A stretch of DNA of 64,000 bases, taken from contig CM059437.1 of NCBI GenBank assembly GCA_030390025.1, positions 78,740,001 to 78,804,000 on the forward strand, read 5' to 3'. A program made the translations under genes and the position numbers. This stretch comes from Squalus acanthias. Lineage: Eukaryota. The notes beneath the pieces were generated by a model. The model saw only the letters and a list, made by a program, of their open reading frames with translations. It was not told the origin of the DNA and did not search any database. Below, in pieces: positions 36,520 to 49,269 of the stretch (its first letter is position 1; every line of letters starts with the position of its first letter).

Positions 36520-37062
36520 CAGTGAGAAAATATTAAAGTAGAAAAAAACAATGAAAGGAAATATACCTTTAGTGGTAAGATTCTTAAGAGTGGAGAACTG
36601 AGATCTGAGGTGTAGAACCATAGACCTGCAAAAGTAAGAGTGCAGGCAGAAATGTCCATAAAAAGACAAATGGCACTCTGACTTTTATAGAAAGAGGCAT
36701 TGAAAATAAAAGTAAGAAAGTAATGTTGAATTTGTACAAGACATTGCATATACTTCTGGATACCCCAGTATAGGAAGGATGTTAGAACCATGGAAGATTC
36801 AGTCAGGGGCAGCGTTTGCCTTGTGGGCCCCCCATGGAATGGGTTCAGTTTGGGGCCCCTACATTTATCTCATCTTCTTGGGGCCCCTGACTGGCTCGGG
36901 GCCCTGTGCAATTGCATGAGTTGCATGGTCCTTACGCCACCCTGGATTCACTAAATACCAGGAACGAGAGGTTATGGTTATGATGAAAGGCTTGAAAAAC
37001 TGGGGCTTTTATAACTAGAACAGAGAGCGGGAGAATTCTAATCGAGATTTTCCAAATTATAA
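36520..37062 (+). mobile_element. Old CR1 fragment, interrupted by a hAT MITE
   Basis: Degenerate RGIENKSKKVMLNLYKTL / YRKDV / ERLEKLGLL on the plus strand. Confidence 0.6.
36804..36944. mobile_element. hAT-type MITE (141 bp)
   Basis: CAGGG...CCCTG termini with an 8-bp TSD GATTCAGT / GATTCACT. Confidence 0.75.
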
Positions 37063-38369
37063 CAGGAGGCTGGGGGACGGGGGTGGGGTTTGGTCGGTGG
37101 TTGGGGGGTGGTTGCTGAGAATGGAGGCCGGGGGTCAGAATGGAGGACTGGGGTCAGGGTGGCGGCAATCGGGGAGGGTGAGCGACGGCTGAGATTCTTT
37201 AAATGTGGGGTTGGGCAGAGCAGACTTGCTCCTCCCGGCTCCACATTCAGGTAAGTATATTTCAAAAACTGTTGGTAGCGCTGGAGCCGGCTGCCTTAGG
37301 GAAAACTACTCTTGCAGTCTCAGTCAGGCATACGCAAATAAGGGGCCTAACTACTGTTTCAGGCATGGGCCCTGGACGCCTATTCTTTTGCTTTCACCAA
37401 TATGGGGGGTGGCGCACTTCTGGCCAGAATTTTGTGTGTACATCTTGCCCGCCATTTTGGGGGTGTAGTAAGCCTATTAGCACCTGAAAAATGGGCGCTG
37501 CACAGCCAAAGTTATGGGTCTTCCCCTCTGTAGTATTTAAATGGAACTCTCTCCCAACATCAATCCAAGCTCCTACTGTAGATTTAAACCTGAAGACAGA
37601 CGAGTAGAATAGATATTACCTGGGTGTTAGAAGCACCCACCATGACTTTTAATCCCTAGTAGGGATATTAATTTTTTGTCCTATATGTGAGTAAGCACAG
37701 TACTGATTCACATTTCAAATGTGGCCTCGACAGGGTTAAATTCTGCCACAGTTTATTTTCAAATACCTTCAAGATGCCTCCCAGTATGATCATCCCAGCT
37801 TAATAAATTACACAGACTGGACACTTTCAGTGACGGGTAATTACATCAAAAGTCTATTTCTCTTCCAGACTCTTGTTTGTCTCTGTGGGACTGGACTCCC
37901 ACAGATTATTGGTCTGCCCAGAATTTTACCCATTCAAGCCCACATGGTTTTCTGCTCCATCATGTCTTACGATACAATGATCCAAAATAAAATCAATCTA
38001 TACAAGAGTGGGTGTGCGCGTGTCAGCTGTTTAACTACACACTTATCACAGACTAAGTTACTGACCGATAGCTAATGTGTCCAAGTAAGAGTCTATGAAA
38101 AATTCAAATATTATCTCTAGCTAGAGCTTCACTGCGTCTGTGGCTAGTTCTAGTCTCCAACTGCTCTCAGCATAGCTGTTGAAGTTATTTTTGAATATTG
38201 ATATTGTTAATTATTGATTATTTTATTGTAATAATATTTCCTATTGAGAGAGCCACTTCTTTCATATGACACACAGTTTCAAAATCTCAAATTTGTTCAA
38301 ACTAAAATAAGGTGGAAGTGAAAAACATAGAGATAGATGTTGACATTTGGAAAGTTTCATCTTCAAACC

Positions 38370-39190
38370 TAACAACAGCAACTTGCATTTATATAGAGCT
38401 GTTAATGTAGAAGAATGCTCCAAAACACATAATGGAGGTGCAATCCAAAAATGGAAACCAAGCCAAAGGAGATATTAGCAGGGGTGAGAAAAAACTTGGT
38501 CAAAGAAAGATTTGCATTTATATAGCGCCTTTCACAACCTCAGGATGTCCCAAAGTGCTTTATAGCCAATGAAGTACTGTTTGAAGTGTAGTCACTGTTG
38601 TAAGGTAGGAAACACGGCAGCCAATTTGCAAACAGCAAGCTCCCACAAACAGCAATGTGATAATGACCAGATAATCTGTTTTAGTGATGTTGATTGAGGA
38701 ATAAATGTTGGCCAGGACACCAGGGATAGCTCCCCTGCTCTTCTTCAATATAGTGCCATGGGATCTTTTACATCCACCTGAGAGAGCAGACGGGGCCTCG
38801 GTTTAACATCTCATCCGAAAGTCGGCACCTCTGACAGTGCAGCACTCCCTCAGTACTGCACTGGAGTGTCAACCTAGATTTTTGTGCTCAAGTCTCTGGA
38901 TTGGGACTTGAACCCACAACCTTTTGACTCAGAGGTGAGACTGCTACCAACTGAGCCACAGCTGACATGGTGGGTTTTAAGGACGGTCTTAAAGGAGGAG
39001 AGAGAGGTGGAGGGAATTAGGGTGGGCATTCCAAAGGTGATTTAAACACAAGAATGAGGGTCTTACATTTGAGGCATTGGGGGACCAGAAATCAATGTAG
39101 GCCAGAGAGAACAGGAGTGATGGGTAGGAGGGACTTGAGAGAGAATATGGGCAGCAGAGTTTCGGATGAGTTGAAATTTACGGAGGGAAC
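38370..39190 (-). mobile_element. L2 3' fragment interrupted by a SINE
   Basis: AACAACAGCAACTTGCATTTATATAG tail; continues after the SINE as GTTTTAAGGACGGTCTTAAAGGAGGAGAGAGAGGTGGAG, reverse-homologous to 30295-30628. Confidence 0.7.
38506..38967 (-). mobile_element. Full-length DeuSINE
   Basis: Complete head, core and tail on the minus strand. Confidence 0.9.
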
Positions 39191-39199
39191 TGAAGCTTA

Positions 39200-42180
39200 T
39201 TAGTGTGGGTCAAACCTCCCAGAGATGTCGGGGAACATAGGGTCTGATGAAAGGGAGGAACTGAAAGAAATCAGTATTTGTAGGGAAATGGTGTTAGGGA
39301 AATTGGCGGGATTGAAGGCCGATAAATCCCCAGGGCCTGATAATCTACATCCTAGGGTACTTAAGGAAGTGGCCCTAGAAATAGTAGATGCATTGCTGAT
39401 CATCTTCCAACATTCGATGGAATCTGGAACAATACCCATGGATTGGAGGGTAGCTAATGTTACCCCACTATTCAACAAAGGTGGTAGAGAGAAAACGGGG
39501 AATTATAGACCGGTAAGCCTGACATCGGTAGTGGGGAAAATGCTAGAGTCCATTATAAAAGATGTAATAGCAAAGCACTTGGAAAACAGTGACAGGATCG
39601 GACAAAGTCAACATGGATTTACAAAAGGTAAATCGTGCTTGACTAATCTACTGGAATTTTTTGAGGATGTAACTGGTAAAATAGATAAGGGAGAACCAGT
39701 GGATGTGGTGTATTTGGACTTTCAAAAGGCTTTCGATAAGGTCCCACATAAGAGATTAGCATGTAAAGTTAAGGCACATGGGATTGGGGGCAAGGTACTG
39801 ACTTGGATAGAGAACATAAGAACATAAGAACATAAGAAATAGGAGCAGGAGTAGGCCAATCGGCCCCTCGAGCCTGCTCCGCCATTCAATAAGATCATGG
39901 CTGATCTGATCCTAACCGCCAATCTACTATCTATCACAGAACCATCTCCTGCATCTAACAGAATTGCACACACGAAATAGGAGCAGAATCAGGCTACACA
40001 GTCCCTGGGCCCGCTCCACTACCCACAGGGCCATGACCGATCCGAACCTAGACTCATGTCCAAATTCCTGCCCGCTCCCCGTAACCCTTAATGCCCTTTA
40101 CTTCTAGGAAACTGTCTATTTCTGTTTTAAATTTAATTAATGTTGTAGCTTCTACAGCTTTTTGTGGCAGCATATTCCATGGACCTACCACCCTCTGAGT
40201 GAAGTAGTTCCTCCTCATCTCAGTTTTGAAAGAGCAGCCCCTTATTCTAAGACTATGTCCCCTAGTTCTCGTCTCACCCGTCATCGGGAACATCCTCCCC
40301 GCATCCACCCGATCCAACCCCTTCACAATCTTATATGTTTCAATAAGATCGCCTCTCATTCTTCTGAACTCCAATGAGTAGAGTCCCAATCTACCCAACC
40401 TCTCCTCATATGACCACCCCCTCATCCCCGGGATTAACCGAATGAACCTTTTTTGCACTGCCTCGAGAGCAAGGATGTCTTTCCTTAAGTAAGGACACCA
40501 AAACTGTATGCAGTATTCCAGGTGCGGTCTCACCAATACCTTGTACAACTGAAGCAATACCTCCCTATTTTTATATTCTATCCCCCTAGCAATGAAAGCC
40601 AACATTCCATTTGCCTTCTTAATCACTTGCTGCACCTGCATACTAACCTTTTGAGTTTCGTGCACCAGGACCCCCAGATCCCTTTGCACTTCAGTACTCT
40701 CCAGTTTCTTGCCATTAAGATAATAAATTGCTCTAGGATTTTTCCTGCCAAAGTGCATCACCTCACACTTTCCAGTGTTGTATTCCATCTGCCAAATCTC
40801 TGCCCACTTACTTAGCCGGTCTATGTCCCCTTGCAGGTTTTTTATGTCCTCCTCATTCACTACTTTCCCTCCCATCTTTGTATCATCTGCAAATTTTGAT
40901 ATGTTACACTTGGTCCCTTCCTCCAAATCGTTAATATAGATTGTGAAGAGTTGGGGACCCAGCACTGACCCCTGTGGAACACCACTAGTTACTGATTGCC
41001 AGTCTGAGAATGAACCATTTATCCCAACTCTTTGCTTTCTGTTAGATAGCCAATCCTCTATCCATGCCAGAATATTACTGGTTGGCAGACAGAAAGCAAA
41101 GAGTTGGAATAAACGGGTCTTTTTCCGAGTGGCAGGCAGTGACTAGTGGGGTACTGCAGGGATCGGTCCTTGGACCCCAGCTATTCACAATATATATTAA
41201 TGATCTAGACAAGGGAACTAGATGTAATATCTCCAAGTTTGCAGACGACACAAAGCTGGGTGGGCGTGTGTGCTGTGAGGAGGATGCCGAGAAAATCCAG
41301 GATGATTTGGACAGGTTGGGTGATTGGGCAGAAGCATGGCAGATGCAATATAACGTGGATAAATGCGAGGTTATCCACTTTGGTGTCAAAAACAGGAAGG
41401 CAGATTATTATCTGAATGGCAATAGATTGAAGGAAGGGGAAGTGCAACGAGACCTGGGTGTCCTTGTGCACCAGTCGCTGAAGGTAAGCATGCAGGTGCA
41501 GCAGGCGGTTAACAAGGCAAATGGTATGTTGGCCTTCGTAGCGAGAGGGTTCGAGTACAGGAACAAGGATGTCTTGCTGCAGTTGTACAGGGCCTTGGTG
41601 AGACCACATCTTGAGAATTGTGTGCAGTTTTGGTCGCCTTATCTGAGGAAGGAGGTTCTTGCCATGGAAGGAGTTCAGCGAAGATTCACCAGGCTGATAC
41701 CTGGGATGGCAGGAATGAAGTATGAGGAGAGATTGGGTCGATTGGGCTTATACTCGCTGGAGTTTAGAAGAATGAGAGGGGATCTCATTGAAACTTATAA
41801 AATTCTGAAAGGACTAGACAGACTAGATGCAGGAAGGATGTTCGCGATGGTCAGGGAGTCCAGAACCAGGGGTCACAGTCTAAGGATAAGGGGTAAGCCA
41901 TTTAGGACAGAAATGAGGAGGAATTTCTTCACCCAGAGAGTGGTGAACCTGTGGAATTCTCTACCACAGAAGGCAGTAGAGGCCAATTCATTAAATATAT
42001 TCAAGAAGGAGTTGGATATATTTCTTAAGGCTAAAGGGATCAAGGGATATGGGGAGAAAGCAGGGACAGGGTTCTGAATTTGGATGATCAGCCATGATCG
42101 CATTGAATGGCGGCGCAGGCTAGAGGGGCCGAATGGCCTACTCCTGCTCCTATCTTCTATGTTTTCTATGTTTTCTATGT
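39200..42180 (+). mobile_element. Young 5'-truncated CR1 (copy A); ORF2 RT split into 39225-39815 and 41079-42077
   Basis: KSPGPD, NYRPVSLTS, YLDFQKAFDKV, QGSVLGP and FADDTK. The halves join in frame as TWIEN|WLADRKQ; (TTCTATGT)n tail. Confidence 0.93.
39816..41078 (-). mobile_element. Young 5'-truncated CR1 (copy B) inserted antisense into copy A
   Basis: Open ORF 40054-40965 (LGPQLFTIYINDL...KFADDTK) and an (ATAAGAAC)n tail at 39816. Confidence 0.93.
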
Positions 42181-42857
42181 TAACTGTGGATGCAGATAGT
42201 CTGAAATCTGTGCCGACCATATTGAGTGGCACAATAGTGTTGTACAAAGCAGGCTACAAGCTGCACTTGGTCAATGTGTGCAACATTACTTAGAGGCTTT
42301 ATCTGCATTGGGGAATACTTAAAAATTTATTCAAGAAAAAAGACTTACAAAAAGTTTCTTCAGATTCAAGCTGATAAACTTTCAATCGTTTCTCCCTTGT
42401 CCTGTGGGGAGACTAACAGTGCAACTGGATAATGAAGAGAGAGAAGCAAACAATTAAGCAACAAAATTGAGCTAAATATCTAGAATACACTGTATGAATA
42501 TTGAAAGAATTATAGCCTGGGATGGAACTAAATTGGATAAATAAGGAATTTGAAGAATAACGAATAGTTGAAGTGCAGCGAATGTGGGATATTTCCAGCC
42601 AGAATTACGCAGATGAGGCAGTGTGGAAGTGGTGGGGCAGGGAGGGTGGGGGGGATATCTGTACTAGTTGGAAGCAGGTGCAGCTCAGGGCTAATTTAAC
42701 CAGAGAGACTGCTTGTGTACCACAAGTTCTGTAAGGCCTCAATAACGAAACCTGGTGCTCCAGTAAATGTGACTTCAGGAGTCTGTGCTGCAGTGGAGAC
42801 AGAGGCTCATGGGACTACACACTCCTGATTGATGAGAGGCCAATAATGATAATGTAG

Positions 42858-45205
42858 AAATAACAACAGAAAACGCTGGAAAAACTCAGCAGGCCAGGCA
42901 ACATCCGTGGAGAGAGAAACAGAGTTAACGTTTCAGGTCGAAGACCCTTCGTCAGAACTGAGAAAAAAGTAGGAAATGAAACAGATAAAAAAGCAAGTGG
43001 GAGGCTGGGGGGAGGAATAAAAGAACAAAAGGGGAGGTCTGTGATAAGTAGAGACATTAAGAGATGCTCAAGGCAAGACGAGATGGTAATAGGACAGGTT
43101 AAGAAACAAAAGATGGCTCAGAAGTGTGAAGTGTGAAATGCTGGCAGAATGAAAGACAGCTGCCATGGGGGAGAGAGAGAGAGAAAAAAAAGGGAAAAGG
43201 CACAAACCAAAAGTGTGGATAAAATGTATATATATATATATGGTAGGGGCCGAGGTTATGATCTGAAATTGTTGAACTCAATATTGAGTCCGGAAGAGTG
43301 TAAAGTGCCTAATCGGAAGATGAGGTGCTGTTCCTCGAGCTAACGCTGAGCTTCCGTGGAACAATGCAAGAGGCCGAGGACGGTGAGGTCTGAGTGGGCG
43401 TGGAGAGGTGAATTAAAATGACAAGCGACCGGAAGCTCGGGGTCACCCTTACGGACTGAACGGAGGTGTTCCGCAAAGCGGTCACCCAATCTGCGTTTGA
43501 TCTCCCCAATGTAGAGGAGACCACATCGTGAGCAATGAATACAGTATACTAGATTGCAAGAAGTACAAGTAAATCGCTGTTTCACCTGGAAGGGGTGTTT
43601 GGGGCCCTGGAGAGTGGGAAGGGGGGAGGTATAAGGGCAGGTGTTGCATCTCCTGCGCTTGCACGGGAAGGTGCCGGGCGAGGGGGAAGGGGTGCTGGGG
43701 GTGATAGAGGAGTGGACTAGGGTGTCTCGGAGGGAGCGGTCCCTACGGAATGCTGAAAGGGGAGGTGAGGGGAAGATACGTTTGGTGGTGGGATCATGTT
43801 GGAGGTGGCGGAAATGGCGGAGGATGATCCGTTGAATGTGGAGGCTGGTGGGGTGAAAGGTGAGGACAAGGGGAACTCTATCGTGGTTCCGGGAGGGAGG
43901 GGCCGGGGTGAGGGCAGAAGTGCGGGAGATAGAACGGACACGGTCGAGGGCCGTGTCGACCACGGTAGAGGGGAATCCTCGGTTGAGGAAAAAGGAAGAC
44001 ATGTCGGAAGCACTGGTATGGAAGGTGGCATCGTCGGTGCAGATGCGGCAGAGACGGAGAAACTGGGAGAAGGGAATAGAGTCCTTACAGGAGGCGGGTG
44101 GGAGGAAGTGTAGTCCAGGTAGCTGTGGGAGTCAGTGGGCTTGTAGTGAATGTTGGTCAATAACCTATCCCCAGAGATGGAGACGAAGAAGTCGAGGAAG
44201 GGAAGGGAAGAGTCGGAGATGGACCATGTGAAGGTGAGGGAAGGGTGAAAATTGGAGGCAAAGTGAATGAAATTGTCTAGTTCAGGGCGAGAGCAGGAAA
44301 CAGCACCGATACAGTCATCAATGTACCGGAAAAAGAGGTGAGGGAGGGGACCCGAGTAGGACTGGAACAAAGAGTGTTCCACAGATCCCACGAAAAGGCA
44401 GGCATAGCTGGGACCCATGCGGGTACCCATAGCAACACCTTTGATTTGGAGGAAATGAGTGGAGTCAAAGGAGAAGTTGTTCAATGTGAGAACAAGTTCA
44501 GCCAGGCGGAGGAAGGTGCTGGTGGATGGGGACTGGTTGGGCCTCTGTTCAAGGAAGAAGCGGAGCGCCCTCAGGCCATCCTGGTGAGGGATGGAGGTGT
44601 AGAGGGATTGTACGTCCATAGTGAAAAGGAGGTGGTTGGGGCCAGGAAACTGTTAAAGTGGCGGAGGGCGTCAGAGGAGTCGCGGATGTAGCTGGGAAGA
44701 GACTGGACAAGGGGAGAAAAAATAGAGTCGAGATTGGAAGAAATAAGTTCCGTGGGGCAAGAACAGGCTGAAACGATGGGTCTACCAGGGCAGTCCTGTT
44801 TGTGGATCTTGGGAAGGAGGTAGAAGCGGGCTGTGTGGGGTTGGGGAACTATGAGGTTGGCGGCCGTGGGGGGGAAGATCTCCAGAGGAGATGAAGTCAG
44901 TGACAGTCTTGGAAACGGTGGCTTGATGTTCGGTAGTGGGGTCATGGTCCAGGTGGAGGTAGGAGGAGGTGTCGGAGAGTTGGCGTTCAACTTCCGCTCG
45001 GTAGAGGTCGGTTCGCCAAACAACAAAAGCACCACCCTTGTCAGCAGGTTTAATGACAATGTCGGGGTTGGATCTGAGAGAATGGAGTGCTGCAAGTTCA
45101 GAGGGAGGTAGGTTGGAGTGAGTGAGGGGAGCAGAGAAGTTGAGATGGCCGATGTCACGGCGGCAGTTAGCAATGAAAAGATCTAGAGAGGGTAAGAGGG
45201 TAAGG
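42858..45205 (-). mobile_element. Penelope-like retroelement (RT plus GIY-YIG endonuclease), frameshifted and 5'-truncated
   Basis: FYLLPKIHK, DVQSLYTSIP, GVAMGTRMGPSYA and FRYIDD; GIY-YIG region NLVYCIHCSRCGLLYIGE...RFAEH in ORF 43340-44002. Confidence 0.92.
42923..42959 (-). ncRNA. Minimal type I hammerhead ribozyme motif in the Penelope terminus
   Basis: Minus strand reads AGUU-CUGACGA-AGGGUC-UUC-GACCU-GAAA-CGUU-AACU: canonical cores, stem II, stem I AGUU/AACU and palindromic AACGUU. Confidence 0.8.
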
Positions 45206-45443
45206 ATAATGTAGAACCTGATACACCATTTGACAGAAAAGAAATGATGAATGGGGATACTCTGGTACAGGTAATGAAAATACAGAATAAAGGCAGACAA
45301 GGGATTGTAATACCGAAATCAATACCACAATTGTTTCATCCTCCAAAGTTGCACCCATGGCTTGGGTTGTTGCTGAATCTATGAGGTATGAATATAAAAT
45401 TATTAATTTGAGGCTCTCTATTGATTATCATTTGTGATATGAT

Positions 45444-45599
45444 GGCTGGGAATTTCCTTGGAGCTGGTCCTGCTCCGTCTCCGTAACTTTGCCGGAAAAG
45501 TGATGGAAACCCCATTTATACATGTAACTGAGGTTACCGCCACACTTCCGGTGAAGATACGATGGTGGAATGACAGGAGGTCTGAGGAAATTCTTGGCC
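45444..45599. mobile_element. Short palindromic MITE
   Basis: GGCTGGGAATTTCCT / AGGAAATTCTTGGCC imperfect TIRs; no clear TSD. Confidence 0.55.
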
Positions 45600-45989
45600 A
45601 ACCCTTTAGATTCCTGCATTAATCAATTTTCAGTTCAAATTTACATAGAGTGCAGGGAAACAATGACAATGAACAATGCAATGGGATCTAATTTACCAGG
45701 AGAGTTAACGGCAGCACATGTGCGTTAGGGAGGAGTAAATTTAGAAGTTTGAGTTAAAGTACTCTCCGTGTAATACATAATTAATGCATAGACCCAGTGT
45801 TACTGCTCCACATTAATTGTTTGTTAAGCGACAATTAAAAGGAATTTCCAACCTATTGATTGGTTTTTCAAATTGTGTTAATTACTCCAATGTGACCTAA
45901 AGTTAAAGCAGCTTGAGGGAACAGACAAAGTTCACATGGCTAGCAGAGCTGCATAAAGCTTATGTTATTAGCAACAGGGTACTTTAAGT

Positions 45990-47120
45990 TTATTGCTGGA
46001 TATGGAGGAGAAGGAGGATCAGCAAGAGACCATGGACATGGCCAAGTATAGGCGATGGACCATAATAACTTGGTACTACCTGAGGCAACAAGAGTGGCAA
46101 GTATGTGTTGGCTACTCTGACTTCAAAGGGGGCCAGCTGTGAGGAGACATTGGGCAGAATTTTCATTGACCCGTGGAGGCGGGTTTGGAGGCGTGTGGGG
46201 TGGGAAAATAGCAGAATCGGGGGTCCCGAACCCATCCCGCCCCCAACCCGCCTCCATGCCAGTTTCGCTGGAGGCGGGTACCCGACCTGTGCTGGGACCT
46301 GCCTCCCCGAGGCGGGAAGGGGATTAGTGACAATTAACTGCCTGTTAACAGGTAGTTAACAGGTAGTTTGTTGCCTAATCCCTATTTTTAGCCCTGAAGT
46401 GTGGGCTACCCGATGGCTCCAAACCATGCCATTTTAGCGAGGCGGACCGTGGGTCTGCAGGGGTTGGAGGGGTCGATATGTCCGGTGGGCAGGTGAGTGA
46501 TGGGTGCATGTGTGCAGAGGTAAGTGTGTAAGGTAAGTGTAAAGTGTGGGAAAAAGTTTTACTTACCTTAACTTCCTCCTGCAGGTGTCAGCCCTTCAGG
46601 TCTCGGGAGTCCGAAATCTCACCGGCACAGAAAGCAGAATGGCCGTTGAGCTGTCAAAAGCTGCAGCCTCTGCTTTTTGTTCTGCAGAGATCTCTAAATC
46701 AGCCTGAGAGGAAGGAATTAACTTAGAGGACAGATTTTCAGTGTTTGACAGCTTCAAGGAGCTGTCAAACGCTGATATTTCTTCTGTCAAAAGCTCTTGA
46801 CAGATGAAATGTCAATCTGTGACGTCACCTGTTGCCGAGTGGCCCTTAATTGGCCTGCTGAGCCCGCTAGGCGGGCTCAACAAGGTCAATCAAGGGAAAA
46901 TCGAGTGGGTTGGCCACAACTCGATGGAGGTGGGACTACAACCCCAAAAGTGGGAATCCTGCCTCCTGCTCGCCTCCATTGATAAAATCCAGCCCATTGC
47001 CTCTGATTTTGTCAGCTCCTGTGACCAAACCTACAACCAAAGAATAATGTTCAGGTACCCTTGGTGGAAGTTAAAGTGACTACCACATTAAACTACTCTG
47101 CAACTGGGTCCTTCCATGCA
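45990..47120 (+). pseudogene. Old Harbinger transposase N-terminal remnant, split by the 46152-46995 MITE
   Basis: After the MITE it reads FCQLL*PNLQP...VEVKVTTTLNYSATGSF, compared with LCHLLQPQL...VAVKVTVALNFYATGSF in the 21027-22166 transposase. Confidence 0.6.
46152..46995. mobile_element. Non-autonomous Harbinger-like element (TGACAG-motif family)
   Basis: GGGCAGAATTTT / AAAATCCAGCCC termini with TSD ATT; homologous to 55231-56948. Confidence 0.85.
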
Positions 47121-47194
47121 CAAGTTGGAGGCATAGTTAGAATCATTTAATATGCAGTTTACCGCTGTACTATAGAAAAAGAAAGAAAAAAAGA

Positions 47195-47641
47195 AAGACT
47201 TGCATTTATACCATGCCTTTCATGACCTCAGGACGTCTCAAAGCGCTTTACAGCCAATGAAGTATTTTTGAATTGTAGTCACTGTTGGAATGTAGAAAAT
47301 GCAGCAGCCAATTTGTGACCAGCAATATCCCACAAACAGCAATGAGATAATGACCAAATAATCTGTTTTAGGTGTTGGTTGAGGGATAAATATTGGCCAG
47401 GACACCAGGAGACCTCTCTTGCTCTTCTTTGAAATAATGCCACGGGATCTTTTACATCTACCTGAGAGGACAAATAGGGCCTCGGTTTAACGTCTCAACC
47501 GAAGGACGGCACATCCAACAATGCAGCACTCCCTCAGTACTGTTCTGGAGTGTAAGTCTGGATTATGTGCTCAAGTTTCTGAATAGGGACTTGAACCCAT
47601 AACCTTCTGACTCGGAGGTGAGAGTGCTACCAACTGAGCCA
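47195..47641 (-). mobile_element. Full-length DeuSINE
   Basis: Complete head, core and tail on the minus strand. Confidence 0.88.
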
Positions 47642-49269
47642 TAATTGAGCAGATGTCCTCGTTCAGCATGTCTCTGCATACATGCAGCTCAACTGTACAA
47701 TGCACCGGAGGTTGACAGAAGTTTTCCAGATGTGTGGCATTCCATGTACAATGCAGCAGTGAGCTCAGTTGGATCAATATTCATGCACTTTATCACAATG
47801 CCTTCCCTTTTGTCAATAGAAAGAATTACTGTTCACTTAATGATGTGATATGTGACCACAGGCAGCGAATTAAACTAGTAACTTATTTTTCAGGTACCTT
47901 TTTATAGAATATAGGTTGTGCAACTATACCTGAGATAAAACAGAATGCATGATAGACTTCTTGGAGACATGGGCTGTGCACTCAAAACCTGACTGTTTTT
48001 TGACCCTTTTGAAAAATATCAATACTCCTCAGCACTAAGCCTTTAATCTAGAGGAACAAATATAACAGCTCACCGTTTTTTTGGACTATTAAATAAAGAT
48101 TTCTGATGTTTCCACTGCTTTGGATGTACCTTGAAATATGAGACAGAATGAATTGTCAGAATAACAATAATGCAATAATGAAAAAGCTTGACATATGTTT
48201 GAAGAATGGTGAGCAGCAGGAGCAAGAAAGGCCCTGGGAAGTAGATGAAATTGACCTTCCTGCAGATGACCAGCGATTGGACAAATCTTTACAAATGTTG
48301 CAGGATGTCATTGATAAATCTTACGCCTGAGTCCTGCTGATTGTACTTTCTGCAAACCAAGGCATGGAACTTGTTAATTTAGAAATATGTGATCTACCTT
48401 TCCCAGGTTGCACTTTTATTGGCAGATGAAATAAGGCTATATCTTAATAGTAATAATAAATAACACATAACTACAATGTTTACAGCATTCATAATGTGTT
48501 TTTATTTCTGTAAGAGCAAATGTGTGCTCCTGTAATTATTGTAATGTGTCCCCTTGTTCGACTTATACTGTGACACTGGGCTTCTAAGTGATTCTTTAGT
48601 AGAAGAACTAGAAGTGGTGGATTCATGATCGGCCCTTAAAATACCCTCTCGCAATTCCACTGTCTGTCTACTTCAGTGTGATGGGAGCCTGTATGATTGC
48701 TGCAGCTTTTCCTAACACTTGTCCAGTTATTTTAAACATGTTAATGTTTGATTAAACCGTTATGTAACCCTATAGACGCTGTCCTGTACATTATAAGTCT
48801 ATTTGTTAAATAGCTGCAAAACTAAAAAAAAAGCATGCAGACACAAATTACATAGCTAAGCTTTACAGACTTGATATCAATCAAATATCTTTCCATAATG
48901 TAGAAAATTCAATTAAAAGCACCTTTCAATAAATATTGTGTGTGGGCTATTAATTCAAAATACATTTGGACTGTCATATTAAAACTTTAAACACTTGTCC
49001 ACTAATATCGCTGACAGTAATTTCCAATCTGTAGAGCTCTGTTTCATGGGTGGCTGTATGCGGATGGAATTATAAAGTCATTCATCAGGAGCCCTGGCCA
49101 TGCGTAGCATGAGCTGGCTGTTCAGCACCTTGGCCTTTCCTCACCTGTGATCAATGAGTCACCCTGCATTTCCTCCGAAAGCTCCTCATCCCATTCCAAA
49201 ATGTGTGTCATTGGGCTGGTGTTTGGTTTGAGCGATATGGGTGATGCAGCATGATGTGAGTCCCGAGAG

